This document shows positions 8,113 to 16,567 of a DNA stretch of 32,000 nucleotides, one piece after another. The notes beneath the pieces were generated by a model, which was given only the letters and a program-made list of their open reading frames with translations, was not told the DNA's origin and ran no database searches. This stretch comes from Caldivirga maquilingensis IC-167. GTDB taxonomy: Archaea > Thermoproteota > Thermoprotei > Thermoproteales > Thermocladiaceae. The stretch lies in NCBI RefSeq assembly GCF_000018305.1, contig NC_009954.1, positions 570,001 to 602,000 on the forward strand, read 5' to 3'. Within the stretch, counting starts at the first letter, position 1; every line of letters starts with the position of its first letter. Position numbers and translations under genes: made by a program.

Positions 8113-9627
8113 ATGAAAAACCTTATTAACAACTACTCATTTACTCAACACATGAAGTGGAGGTACCTGGCCTTAATAGCCGTAGCAGCACTGGTGGTTA
8201 GTGTTATTGCGGTTCACTCACTTACCCAGAAACCAACGGCCTCAAGTGACCCTCCAGTTAATTACACTATTACCGTTAACTCATCATTAACCTGCACTGC
8301 AGCCAGCGTCAACATGATGATAGCCCAGGAATTATACATTAAGGTACTCATAATAGCCAACGCCACTGGTGAGTATTCAATAATTAATACTGACCTACTG
8401 AATGCTTCCCAACTCTTAAGTGAGGCTAATGAAACACTTAACCTTGGTGAATGCATTAAGTCCCTCAACTACATCCAGCAGGCAGTGGGCTATGAGGAGG
8501 AGACGTATGTTACCTTAATGAGTAGGCTGAGTCATGAAGGGACTATTAACTACACGTGCCTACAAATAATAGACTTAATTAAGGCTAAGGTTAATGCAGC
8601 TGCGGAGTTAAGCCTAAGACTTGGCAATACGACGGCTTATAATGAGACTCAATCCATACTTAAACTCCTGAACTCAAGTAACTTAACATGCAGTGAACTT
8701 AACAATATAATGAATGAGGCATCAGTATTATTAAACAGCCTTAAGCATGAGGAGGAGGCGGCATTAGCCAATAGCCTTTACGCTAGGGTTAAGGCCCTGA
8801 CGGTTACGTACATTAAGGGTGGTGAGTATGGTCGCCTAGCTCAATTAGCGGCGATACGTAATGGCACTTATGGTTCATTCATTAGGGAGGCCTTAATCAA
8901 TGCACTTAATCAATACGCTAATGAGGTTAATCAAACCATTAATGAATTATTAACTAAGGGTGATTTAATGGGCTTACTATCAATGAACAATACAATTAGT
9001 AAGCTTGGCGAGGTTTTAAACATCTTTAAGTCACATGAATTATACTGCATCAACGCCTCCTACGTATACCTGAATACAACAGTGACCCTGGCTAGGGTAA
9101 GTTCAATATACCGTGAATTAGGGTATAATGCAACCGAATTAAGCCTAATAGGTCGCATTACTTCCCAGGTTAAGTTAAGTTACCTAAACGGTACATTAGG
9201 TTTACTTATCTCAAACATTTATACTGAATACAATGTAAGTGATACATTAAGCATAATGAAGTATATTAATCATACGATTAATAATTATGAAGCGAAAGGC
9301 ATACTTAAATGGGGTAATGGTGGATACATGGTGGGTATTAGGATGCCTAAGAGCATTGCAAGACTCCTTAACCTAACTTTAAGCAACTTCACGTTATCAA
9401 TATATGAGTTAAACCAATGCATATCAACATACTCATTAATTAATAACACAATGATTAACATTATTAGGGTTAAGGGCCTCAACAGTACCCTACTCCTAGA
9501 CCTCGCCCTTAAACTATACTCAATGAGGATTTACTGCCCCATGGCCTTCATGCACGCTAAGTTAGCTAAGCAATCACTGAACTACTTCACCATGTACTTC
9601 AATAATTCAACAGGTGTAAGTCACTAA
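8113..9627 (+). CDS. hypothetical N-terminally anchored extracellular protein, very rich in N-glycosylation sequons
   Basis: Signal-anchor helix YLALIAVAALVVSVIAV. A hand count gives about 25 N-x-S/T sequons after the anchor. The sequence is Asn/Leu-rich and probably helical. No family was recognised. Confidence 0.6.
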   Translation: MKNLINNYSFTQHMKWRYLALIAVAALVVSVIAVHSLTQKPTASSDPPVNYTITVNSSLTCTAASVNMMIAQELYIKVLIIANATGEYSIINTDLLNASQLLSEANETLNLGECIKSLNYIQQAVGYEEETYVTLMSRLSHEGTINYTCLQIIDLIKAKVNAAAELSLRLGNTTAYNETQSILKLLNSSNLTCSELNNIMNEASVLLNSLKHEEEAALANSLYARVKALTVTYIKGGEYGRLAQLAAIRNGTYGSFIREALINALNQYANEVNQTINELLTKGDLMGLLSMNNTISKLGEVLNIFKSHELYCINASYVYLNTTVTLARVSSIYRELGYNATELSLIGRITSQVKLSYLNGTLGLLISNIYTEYNVSDTLSIMKYINHTINNYEAKGILKWGNGGYMVGIRMPKSIARLLNLTLSNFTLSIYELNQCISTYSLINNTMINIIRVKGLNSTLLLDLALKLYSMRIYCPMAFMHAKLAKQSLNYFTMYFNNSTGVSH

Positions 9628-9945
9628 CCTCCTCTCCCTAGGTGGTTTATTGGTTTGTGGTTTACCGTCTTCATTCTCACTGCTTCACCGCTAGTGGAGG
9701 ATTCCCCTCCACCCCGCTCCACTCATCCAACAGTGAACCTTTAGGCCTGCGTTAATTACCTTCCCCATGCGAGGACACTTAAACAAACCACGATAAACCC
9801 CCATGAGGGTTAATTCCCCACATAGGGTAATACTCCCCATTCACCATTTACAATAAAGTATTCGAACTTTACCCTGCCTTAAAAGGTAAGGCTTGTTGTT
9901 CTTTTGCAATGGCTGCCTTAAGACTAGTCTTAATTAATGTACAGG
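9620..9945 (-). mobile_element. second, more decayed tnpB 3'-end relic (zinc-finger, RuvC-III and tail region), not present in the ORF track
   Basis: The minus strand matches relic 1. Minus tac cct atg tgg gga (plus 9815-9832 region) aligns with tgc cct agg tgc gga (7405-7419). FKCPRMGKVINAGLKV aligns with the C..CG..RDVxAxxNI region. aaccaatAaaccacc (9641-9655) aligns with aaccaatGaaccacc (7599-7613). tagggagaggaggttagt (9623-9640) aligns with tagggcggggaggaggtcagt (7634-7654). Multiple stops and frameshifts are present. The upstream limit (about 9870-9945) is uncertain. Confidence 0.6.
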
Positions 9946-9975
9946 GGTTAAGTTTTAGAAGGTTCCGTTAGTTCA

Positions 9976-10953
9976 GTGAATGGGAGGATTATAGTGAGTA
10001 GGGTAATTGTGACTGGTGGGGCAGGTTTCATAGGAAGCCACCTTGTGGATAGGCTTGTGAGGGATGGTTATGAGGTCACTGTATTGGATAATTTCAGTAG
10101 TGGGGATGTAAGTAACCTTAAGGAGTCGTTGAGTACAGGTAGGGTTAATGTTGTTAAGGCTGATCTTAAGTATTGGGGGGACTGGGTTAGTGAGTTTAAG
10201 GGTGCATACGCCGTATTCCACCTAGCCGCTAACCCTGAGGTTAGGGTATCCTCAGTAGAGCCTAGGAGCCACTTCGATAATAACCTGGTTGCAACATTTA
10301 ATGTGGCTGAGGCGGCTAGGGTGAGTGATGTTAAGTACATTGTCTTCGCCAGTAGTAGTACAGTGTATGGTGATGCTAAGGTTTTACCAACACCTGAGGA
10401 TCACCCAATAATACCCATAAGCGTCTACGGCGCCACTAAGGCCGCTGGGGAAATTATACTGGATACGTATTCTAGGCTTTACGGTATTAGGGTTGTTAAC
10501 TTAAGGTACGCTAACATTGTTGGACCCAGGTCAAGGCACGGTGTAATATATGACTTCTACATTAAACTCACCAGGAATCCCAGGGAACTTGAGGTTCTTG
10601 GTGACGGTAGCCAGAGGAAGAGTTACCTATATGTTGATGATGCTGTTGATGCATCATTATTCCTATTCAATAAACTAATTAATGGTAGTCTTCAGGAACA
10701 GGCCTTTAATGTGGGTAATAAGGATTGGGTTACTGTAATGGATATAGCTAGGATTGTTATTGAGGAACTTGGGTTAAGGAACGTTAACATAGTTACCAGG
10801 GCCATGACCCCTGATGGTAGGGGTTGGTTAGGTGATGTTAAGTACATGCTTCTTGATGTTGATAAGTTAAGTAAACTGGGTTGGTCCCCAAGGTACAGTA
10901 GCGCGGATGCGGTTAGGTTAACCATTAGGTGGCTTAAGGGGAACGCCCCCTAA
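9976..10953 (+). CDS. NAD-dependent nucleotide-sugar epimerase/dehydratase (GalE-like SDR)
   Basis: Rossmann motif VIVTGGAGFIGSHLVDRL, LDNFSSG, catalytic YGATKAAGE (YxxxK). A likely alternative start is GTG 9994, preceded by ggagg. Confidence 0.85.
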   Translation: MNGRIIVSRVIVTGGAGFIGSHLVDRLVRDGYEVTVLDNFSSGDVSNLKESLSTGRVNVVKADLKYWGDWVSEFKGAYAVFHLAANPEVRVSSVEPRSHFDNNLVATFNVAEAARVSDVKYIVFASSSTVYGDAKVLPTPEDHPIIPISVYGATKAAGEIILDTYSRLYGIRVVNLRYANIVGPRSRHGVIYDFYIKLTRNPRELEVLGDGSQRKSYLYVDDAVDASLFLFNKLINGSLQEQAFNVGNKDWVTVMDIARIVIEELGLRNVNIVTRAMTPDGRGWLGDVKYMLLDVDKLSKLGWSPRYSSADAVRLTIRWLKGNAP

Positions 10954-11464
10954 CCTTAATCCTATACGCCTTAGCAACCTTAAAATTAGTAACCAACTCA
11001 ATCGCATCCTCCTTGGGTAAAATAACCAAGTCACCCACAGTGGGTTCATTAATCATGCTACCCTTACTGGTCTTAATACTGAAGTAGCTTGAAGTGAACC
11101 TAACTATCATAACCCTACTAGGCGCCTTAAGGGCGCTTGGCTTAAGCAGACGCTCCAAGTCCTCTAATACTGAGACTAATTTAGTCTCCTCAACCATAAG
11201 GTTACCCCTGGGTACATTACCCTCTGAGGCTTGGTCAAGTATCTTAAGTAACCTAGCCCTAAGTAATGCAATCAGCAGGTCCTTAACCATGCCTAAGTAC
11301 GTTAATGTTAATGTATTCTCCAATGCCCCACCAAACTTAACATTACCCACCAGTCTACTAATTAACTCCCTATAGGACCTGTAGGGTAACTTCACAAGCT
11401 CCTTACTCTCCTGCTCCATCTTAACCAGGTCCCTTAATCTATTTAATTCCTGTTGATCCATCAC
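10934..11464 (-). CDS. possible GINS subunit (Gins15/51-like)
   Basis: The N-terminal helical domain has a GINS-like opening (EQESKELVKLPYRSYRELISRL ... RARLLKIL). The C-terminal small beta domain is VMIVRF...GDLVILPKEDAIELVTNFKVAKAY. The call rests on pattern recognition only. Confidence 0.45.
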   Translation of the reverse strand: MMDQQELNRLRDLVKMEQESKELVKLPYRSYRELISRLVGNVKFGGALENTLTLTYLGMVKDLLIALLRARLLKILDQASEGNVPRGNLMVEETKLVSVLEDLERLLKPSALKAPSRVMIVRFTSSYFSIKTSKGSMINEPTVGDLVILPKEDAIELVTNFKVAKAYRIKVRGRSP

Positions 11465-11465
11465 G

Positions 11466-11774
11466 CTACAGGGCTAATTCATCAAGCCTATTTAAAACCT
11501 CACTGTACTTACTAATCCTCCTAAGTTCATTAACCTCACCCTTCTCATACTTATAAACAACATCAGCCTTGCTGGGTTCAAAATCCCATGGAGCAACGAT
11601 TAAATAATCCCCAATCCTAATCCACATCCTCTTCCTATACTTACCTGGAATCCTAGCTATCCTGACGTTACCATCCTCGCAAACAACCTTAACTCTATCA
11701 TCCCCAACTATGTCAGTAACCTTAGCAAGCATCTCCCCCTCATCCGGAACCCTAACCTTAGACTCTGCACTCAC
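11466..11774 (-). CDS. eif1A: translation initiation factor aIF-1A
   Basis: S1/OB-fold signature EGEMLAKVTDIVGDDRVKVVCEDGNVRIARIPGKYRKRMWIRIGDYLIVAPWDF. GTG start. Confidence 0.9.
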   Translation of the reverse strand: MSAESKVRVPDEGEMLAKVTDIVGDDRVKVVCEDGNVRIARIPGKYRKRMWIRIGDYLIVAPWDFEPSKADVVYKYEKGEVNELRRISKYSEVLNRLDELAL

Positions 11775-11834
11775 AGGAACCCAGCCCCAGGACTCTTAAT
11801 AAACCTCCCGTCAATCAATATAATTAACCCTACT

Positions 11835-11866
11835 CTACACGTATACGTGTAGTATACGTATACGTG
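11835..11866. promoter_or_regulatory. tandem palindromes (candidate operator) in a divergent intergenic region
   Basis: An 18-bp perfect palindrome ctacacgtatacgtgtag lies at 11835-11852. A second copy of the 10-bp palindrome acgtatacgt lies at 11856-11865; the first copy is at 11839-11848. Confidence 0.35.
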
Positions 11867-11925
11867 ACTCTGAGAGAGTAACTAAGCAAACTTAATAAGC
11901 ATCAGTTTAATAAGGATCATGAGTA

Positions 11926-12144
11926 GTGGTCATTACGTTCAGGGTAATGGTTCTGGATAATTGCATTGGATGCGGAATATGCTGGGCAATATGCCCTAAG
12001 GGTGTATTAATTGGTAAACTAAGAGCTAAGGCTGTGGTTGCCTCAGAGGAGCAATGCATGGGTTGCTTCTCATGCCAATACAACTGCCCCTTCAATGCAA
12101 TAATCGTTAAGGTTAACCCTAAGGAGGTTAAGAGGTTATCTTAA
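11926..12144 (+). CDS. 2x[4Fe-4S] ferredoxin
   Basis: Two cluster motifs: CIGCGICWAICP and CMGCFSCQYNCP. Confidence 0.8.
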   Translation: MVITFRVMVLDNCIGCGICWAICPKGVLIGKLRAKAVVASEEQCMGCFSCQYNCPFNAIIVKVNPKEVKRLS

Positions 12145-13108
12145 ATCTAATCCAAGTGTTTAATTCACCATTACCCTGAATCTCATAGGCCGTCCCAGCC
12201 TTAACCTGTCCAGCCAGTCCAGTGGCTGGCCAACTGGTGGCTAATTCAATTGAAGCTGCGTAAATCCTACTGAACCACGGGTAATTTAATCCACCACCCA
12301 GTGGTCTCCAAAGCCACATTGACCTGAACACTGATGAATCCCAATTAGCCTCAAGGGTAATACCTAAATCCTCATTAATTAACCTAAACCAATTACCATT
12401 AACATTAGGCACATAAACTAAGTCATTAGTGTTAATACCCCTTGGGAACCTTGATAAATCAATCATCCCCCCATCCTTAGATTTAACCATTGGGAAGAAG
12501 CCCCTGTAACCAGGTTCAAGTATTGATGAATCACCGTTAAGGTACTTATCAACCTCAACCTCAGTACCCTCAGGTAACTCAAGTGTAGTGCATTCGCTCA
12601 GTAAGTCACCGCCGAAGTTTGGGTGATGCAGCCATGAGAATTTTAAATTCTGTCCACTTAAGTTAATTAACCTCTCCTTAACTAAAACCTCATTACTGTT
12701 AATTAACCTAATTCGCCTATACAGTTTAAGCGGATACTTCCTCAAGGTCACAATCATGAGCATTGAGTACTCGTCAACCTCCTCATCATACTCAACCCTC
12801 CATGGTAAGTAAGGAGTCTCATCATGTAGACCAAAGAATACGCCAGCGTACTTTGAGGCATAGCCGGCGTTGGGAATCACCTCAAACCAACCACCGAAGA
12901 AGACTACATTATAGAAGTCCTCTGGTGTTAGGCCTTCTCTAAAATACTCAATGGGTTCAGGATCCTTATGATGGTGAAGCAGCTCATTACCATTGTACCT
13001 AATGCTCCAAATTAAGCCACCGAGTTCAGGGATAACAGTGACCTCAAGTTCATTCCTACTAATCTTAATCACCCTCAACCCATTCACAGACCATTCATCA
13101 TTAATCAC
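12128..13108 (-). CDS. aldose 1-epimerase / mutarotase-like (DUF4432-like) protein
   Basis: N-terminal pattern LEVTVIPELGGLIWSIRYNGNELLH plus WLHHPNFGG are typical of the galactose-mutarotase-like superfamily. Confidence 0.55.
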   Translation of the reverse strand: MINDEWSVNGLRVIKISRNELEVTVIPELGGLIWSIRYNGNELLHHHKDPEPIEYFREGLTPEDFYNVVFFGGWFEVIPNAGYASKYAGVFFGLHDETPYLPWRVEYDEEVDEYSMLMIVTLRKYPLKLYRRIRLINSNEVLVKERLINLSGQNLKFSWLHHPNFGGDLLSECTTLELPEGTEVEVDKYLNGDSSILEPGYRGFFPMVKSKDGGMIDLSRFPRGINTNDLVYVPNVNGNWFRLINEDLGITLEANWDSSVFRSMWLWRPLGGGLNYPWFSRIYAASIELATSWPATGLAGQVKAGTAYEIQGNGELNTWIRFKITS

Positions 13109-13223
13109 ACGGATCCCTAAGTTTAATTCAATACACTATATTTTATAACTATTTATTCAATACCTTGGAGAATAACTATAAACCTAATGAATTTAACTCT
13201 ACATGCTTCTAAAAGCGTGAAGA

Positions 13224-13988
13224 TTAAGGAGTGAAGCGAAGTGTTTCATCATCTAATGGATTGAATTCATCATTAATTATAATGTTCAGCACCCTCTTAA
13301 TTACTCTACTTAAATTCCTGGATAATGTTGATTCACTCACACCCAATTCCTTAGCCAACTGCCTTACCGTTATCCTCCTCGGCGTATCAAATAACCCATT
13401 CTCATGAGCTATCCTTAACAACTTCTCCTCATCACTACTCAACAGTACCTTAACCTTACTCCTCACTATGGCTGCCACCACATCCTCAGGATTCACCGCA
13501 CTCTCCCTTACTCTACCCACCTCACCATTACCACTAATAATCCCTATAAACATGTCAACAGCCTTACTACTCGGGAACAGGAAGACCCAATGCTCAACAC
13601 CACCACTGGTACTGTACCCTATCTCTAAACCACCAAGAATGTGAGCCTTAAACCTAGTGGAGTCCGCGTAATCACCCCTAACAACCATTCTAATTAACCT
13701 AGGGTAAGTGGAGTTAATGGGTTTAACATCATCAATACTTAAGACATTCCTATGACTATTCAAGGTCTTAAGGAAATTCTTAAAGTCAAGCCTACTACCA
13801 ACCCTCACCAGAGCATACTCCACTATGAATGGTGAAGAGGAGTCAACGAAACTGCTTAAAACCCTATACTCAAGGTTAAGTTCAGAAACCTTAACAGTCC
13901 AGTCTGAGTAATGATAGTAATCTAGGTAAACTAACCTAGGTGAGTTAAGTAAACCATTAAGTAACATTAATGCCTCAGTGTCATACAT
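13224..13988 (-). CDS. transcription regulator with C-terminal HTH_10 (bacterio-opsin-activator-type) domain
   Basis: The C-terminal sequence FDTPRRITVRQLAKELGVSESTLSRNLSRVIKRVL matches the HTH_10 pattern. The N-terminal sensor part is unassigned. Confidence 0.6.
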   Translation of the reverse strand: MYDTEALMLLNGLLNSPRLVYLDYYHYSDWTVKVSELNLEYRVLSSFVDSSSPFIVEYALVRVGSRLDFKNFLKTLNSHRNVLSIDDVKPINSTYPRLIRMVVRGDYADSTRFKAHILGGLEIGYSTSGGVEHWVFLFPSSKAVDMFIGIISGNGEVGRVRESAVNPEDVVAAIVRSKVKVLLSSDEEKLLRIAHENGLFDTPRRITVRQLAKELGVSESTLSRNLSRVIKRVLNIIINDEFNPLDDETLRFTP

Positions 13989-14148
13989 AATTTAATTACT
14001 TCTAAGGGTCTCTTATTAATTTTTTACTACAGCATGCGGTTCCTAGGGTATGCATAATAGTATACTGAAAATTAACAAGAAACAGCATCTCTATGCAGTA
14101 TTAATGAGCTAGGTGATTTTATAAGGGAGAGCAATAATAAGTTGAACT

Positions 14149-16515
14149 ATGGGTAAAACACTCATATACATACTAGTAACTACGGTAGTACTCATAGTAG
14201 TTGCAGCATATAGTGTGGCTATAGTTCAAGCTCAACAGAAGCCTCAAATAATAGGAGGCGCCCCTGTCACAATAATATTAACACCAGGTTCACCCATGTG
14301 GAATCCCTATGCGCCAAGTAACATGATTGGTAATACATGGGATTACTTACCATTAGCGGCGTTTAACCCATTGACTGGCCAATGGTGGCCTATTCTAGCT
14401 GAGAATTGGACTGCTGAGGTTTTGCCTAATGGTAGTGGTATTTTAACGATTTACCTTAGGCCTGGCTTATACTGGTATAATGGTTCTGCTACATTGCCTT
14501 TCACAGCATGGGATGTTTATGCTGAATTCTATATTGGTATGAAGGCTTTTGGTTGGTATGTGCCTTGGATTAACCAATCACTCGTTGATGAGGATATTAG
14601 AGTATTAAATAATTACACAATACAATTCCTATTCCAAATCTGGACACCGTACATACCATATTGGCTATTAACAAGTTGGATTGATGTACCATACGCCGCA
14701 TGGAAACCAATAGTAGATGCATTAAAAACAATGAACGTGACACAAGCAACAAAATACTCAACAAATATTACTGAGTTTGTTGCACCATATTATGGTCTAT
14801 ATCCATATTACGTAAGTTACGTTAGCACAACATATACCCACTTCACCCTTGAGCCGCCTAACTTATTGTCATCATGGTATAAGGTCTTCCCCTTCGCATC
14901 ATGGGGGTACTATGATCCAACGGCAATAGTGTGGGAGACTGGCGGCAATACACAGGCCTTAAGCGGTATGTTAGCTGGGAAAATAACATATGATTGGATC
15001 GGTTTATCTGAATCCCAGCTTAAGGTTATTAATAGCACACCAGGCTGGTCTTCATTCGCCTTACCAGTATTCGCAACGATGGGTATTGCCATTAATCCTC
15101 ATGATTATCCTTGGAATATTCCTCAGGTCAGGGAGGCTTTATGCGATGTTATTAATAGGACTGAGGTTGCTGCAGCATGGGGCTTAGCCATCAGTAAACC
15201 AGACTACTACCCTGAGCCAGTACCCACTGAAGCCATTGATACTTATCCGCCAAGTGTTAGGCAGTTCATTATACCGTGCTCCTACAACTGGACCAAGGCC
15301 GAACAACTCCTTGAAAGCCTAGGATTCAAGAAGATTAACGGATACTGGTACACACCAAACGGAACAGAATTAACGCTCTATATTTATGGGACTAGTGGTT
15401 GGACTGACTGGATGACTATGACTAGTGATGCGATATCTCAATTACAGGAATTCGGTATTAATGGCAAGTTAATTGGGCAGGATGTTGGAGTATTCTGGAG
15501 CACTATAATACCTAATAGTGAGTATGAGGGTGCTACCACGTGGATTATTTTTACTAATGGACTATATAGTAGTATATGGGCGTTCTTAAATGATCCTTGG
15601 TGGACTACTGGAGTAGCCATTCAGGCATGGCATAAGGGTAGTGAAGTTTGGCCATTCCAGTGGCCTAATGGTACATGCAGCCCAGTTATCTTACCCACTC
15701 AGCCACCTGTCTTCACTAATGGTACCATAGTGTGGTGTGTCAACTCAACATACGGCTACATTAACATAACCAACTGGCAGATGCTTGAGAATATCGCTGC
15801 TCCAGGAACACCTCAATATGACTTAATGCTGAAGATAATATTCGCATGGTACTACTACTTCGTTCCAATAGTGCCGCTTTATGATAAGCTTGAGCCGTAT
15901 GAATACATGACATCTGTAATGGATCCAAACTGGTTATTCCAGCCATGCATAATCAATAAGTACCCAATATTAACATATGAACTAGAAGCCATGCCATGGG
16001 GCTACGGTAACTCATTCTTCAGTAACCTACATATAATAATCGCATGGGGTCTTGTTGCACCAAAAGGTGTTGTTCCTCCTGTTGCTCAAGCTATAGCTAA
16101 TGGTTCATTGTGGACTAAGTATCCTCAGTATGCTGCATTCCTAGGTATTCCTAATCCTGATCCAAGTCTACAGCAGTGTGTTGCATCGTACTTCCATATA
16201 CCGTATACACCAGTTACTACAACCACTACTTCAACGACTACTACATCGACAACCACTACACCAGTGACTACTACTTCAACGACTACTGCCACAACCACTA
16301 CTACTGCTACAACAACCACTACGGCTGTTAGTACTGTTACAAGCACAGTAACCAGTACAGCTGTAAGCACTGTAACATCAACAGCAACCACAACAGCAGT
16401 ATCAACCGTAACCGTGACTAAACCAGTAATAAGCACAGCATTAATAGCAGGAATAGTAATCATAGTAATAGTCATAGCAGCAGTAGCAGCAATAATAGCA
16501 TTAAGAAGAAGATAA
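14149..16515 (+). CDS. ABC-transporter substrate-binding protein, family 5 (Opp/Dpp-like; sugar-binding class of crenarchaea) with Thr-rich linker and C-terminal TM anchor
   Basis: N-terminal signal peptide (LIVVAAYSVAIVQAQ), a large W/Y-rich SBP_bac_5-like body, a Thr/Ser-rich stretch, then the hydrophobic anchor ALIAGIVIIVIVIAAVAAIIAL followed by RRR. Confidence 0.8.
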   Translation: MGKTLIYILVTTVVLIVVAAYSVAIVQAQQKPQIIGGAPVTIILTPGSPMWNPYAPSNMIGNTWDYLPLAAFNPLTGQWWPILAENWTAEVLPNGSGILTIYLRPGLYWYNGSATLPFTAWDVYAEFYIGMKAFGWYVPWINQSLVDEDIRVLNNYTIQFLFQIWTPYIPYWLLTSWIDVPYAAWKPIVDALKTMNVTQATKYSTNITEFVAPYYGLYPYYVSYVSTTYTHFTLEPPNLLSSWYKVFPFASWGYYDPTAIVWETGGNTQALSGMLAGKITYDWIGLSESQLKVINSTPGWSSFALPVFATMGIAINPHDYPWNIPQVREALCDVINRTEVAAAWGLAISKPDYYPEPVPTEAIDTYPPSVRQFIIPCSYNWTKAEQLLESLGFKKINGYWYTPNGTELTLYIYGTSGWTDWMTMTSDAISQLQEFGINGKLIGQDVGVFWSTIIPNSEYEGATTWIIFTNGLYSSIWAFLNDPWWTTGVAIQAWHKGSEVWPFQWPNGTCSPVILPTQPPVFTNGTIVWCVNSTYGYINITNWQMLENIAAPGTPQYDLMLKIIFAWYYYFVPIVPLYDKLEPYEYMTSVMDPNWLFQPCIINKYPILTYELEAMPWGYGNSFFSNLHIIIAWGLVAPKGVVPPVAQAIANGSLWTKYPQYAAFLGIPNPDPSLQQCVASYFHIPYTPVTTTTTSTTTTSTTTTPVTTTSTTTATTTTTATTTTTAVSTVTSTVTSTAVSTVTSTATTTAVSTVTVTKPVISTALIAGIVIIVIVIAAVAAIIALRRR
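16211..16419 (+). repeat. low-complexity Thr/Ser/Val-coding repeat (linker of the binding protein)
   Basis: PVTTTTTSTTTTSTTTTPVTTTSTTTATTTTTATTTTTAVSTVTSTVTSTAVSTVTSTATTTAVSTVTVT, with iterated ACN/AGY/GTN codons and repeated AVSTVTST units. Confidence 0.8.
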
Positions 16516-16567
16516 GAAGATAAGCAAATAAAAATATTAAATCAAATTATTAGGTATTTTTGATGTT

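Noticed and set aside
9628-9870. G-rich (minus-strand) noncoding patch with a GC hairpin (gtggagg-attcc-cctccac, 9694-9712), considered as RNase P RNA, SRP RNA or a C/D-box sRNA
   Set aside because: I could find no P4/CR-I-type (GAGGAAAGUCC), SRP helix-8 or RUGAUGA/CUGA box patterns. The region is better explained as a decayed tnpB 3' relic, given its codon-level similarity to 7380-7654.
14040-14100. Repeated TATGCA-containing short palindromes (atgcat, gtatac) between the HTH_10 regulator and the binding-protein gene, considered as operator sites
   Set aside because: These are only 6-bp elements in A/T-rich DNA without a consistent dyad or spacing, so they are indistinguishable from chance by eye.
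16125-16475. 116-aa Val-rich minus-strand ORF
   Set aside because: It is the reverse complement of the Thr-codon repeat (ACN read as NGT/GTN) in the binding-protein linker, so it is a compositional artefact.
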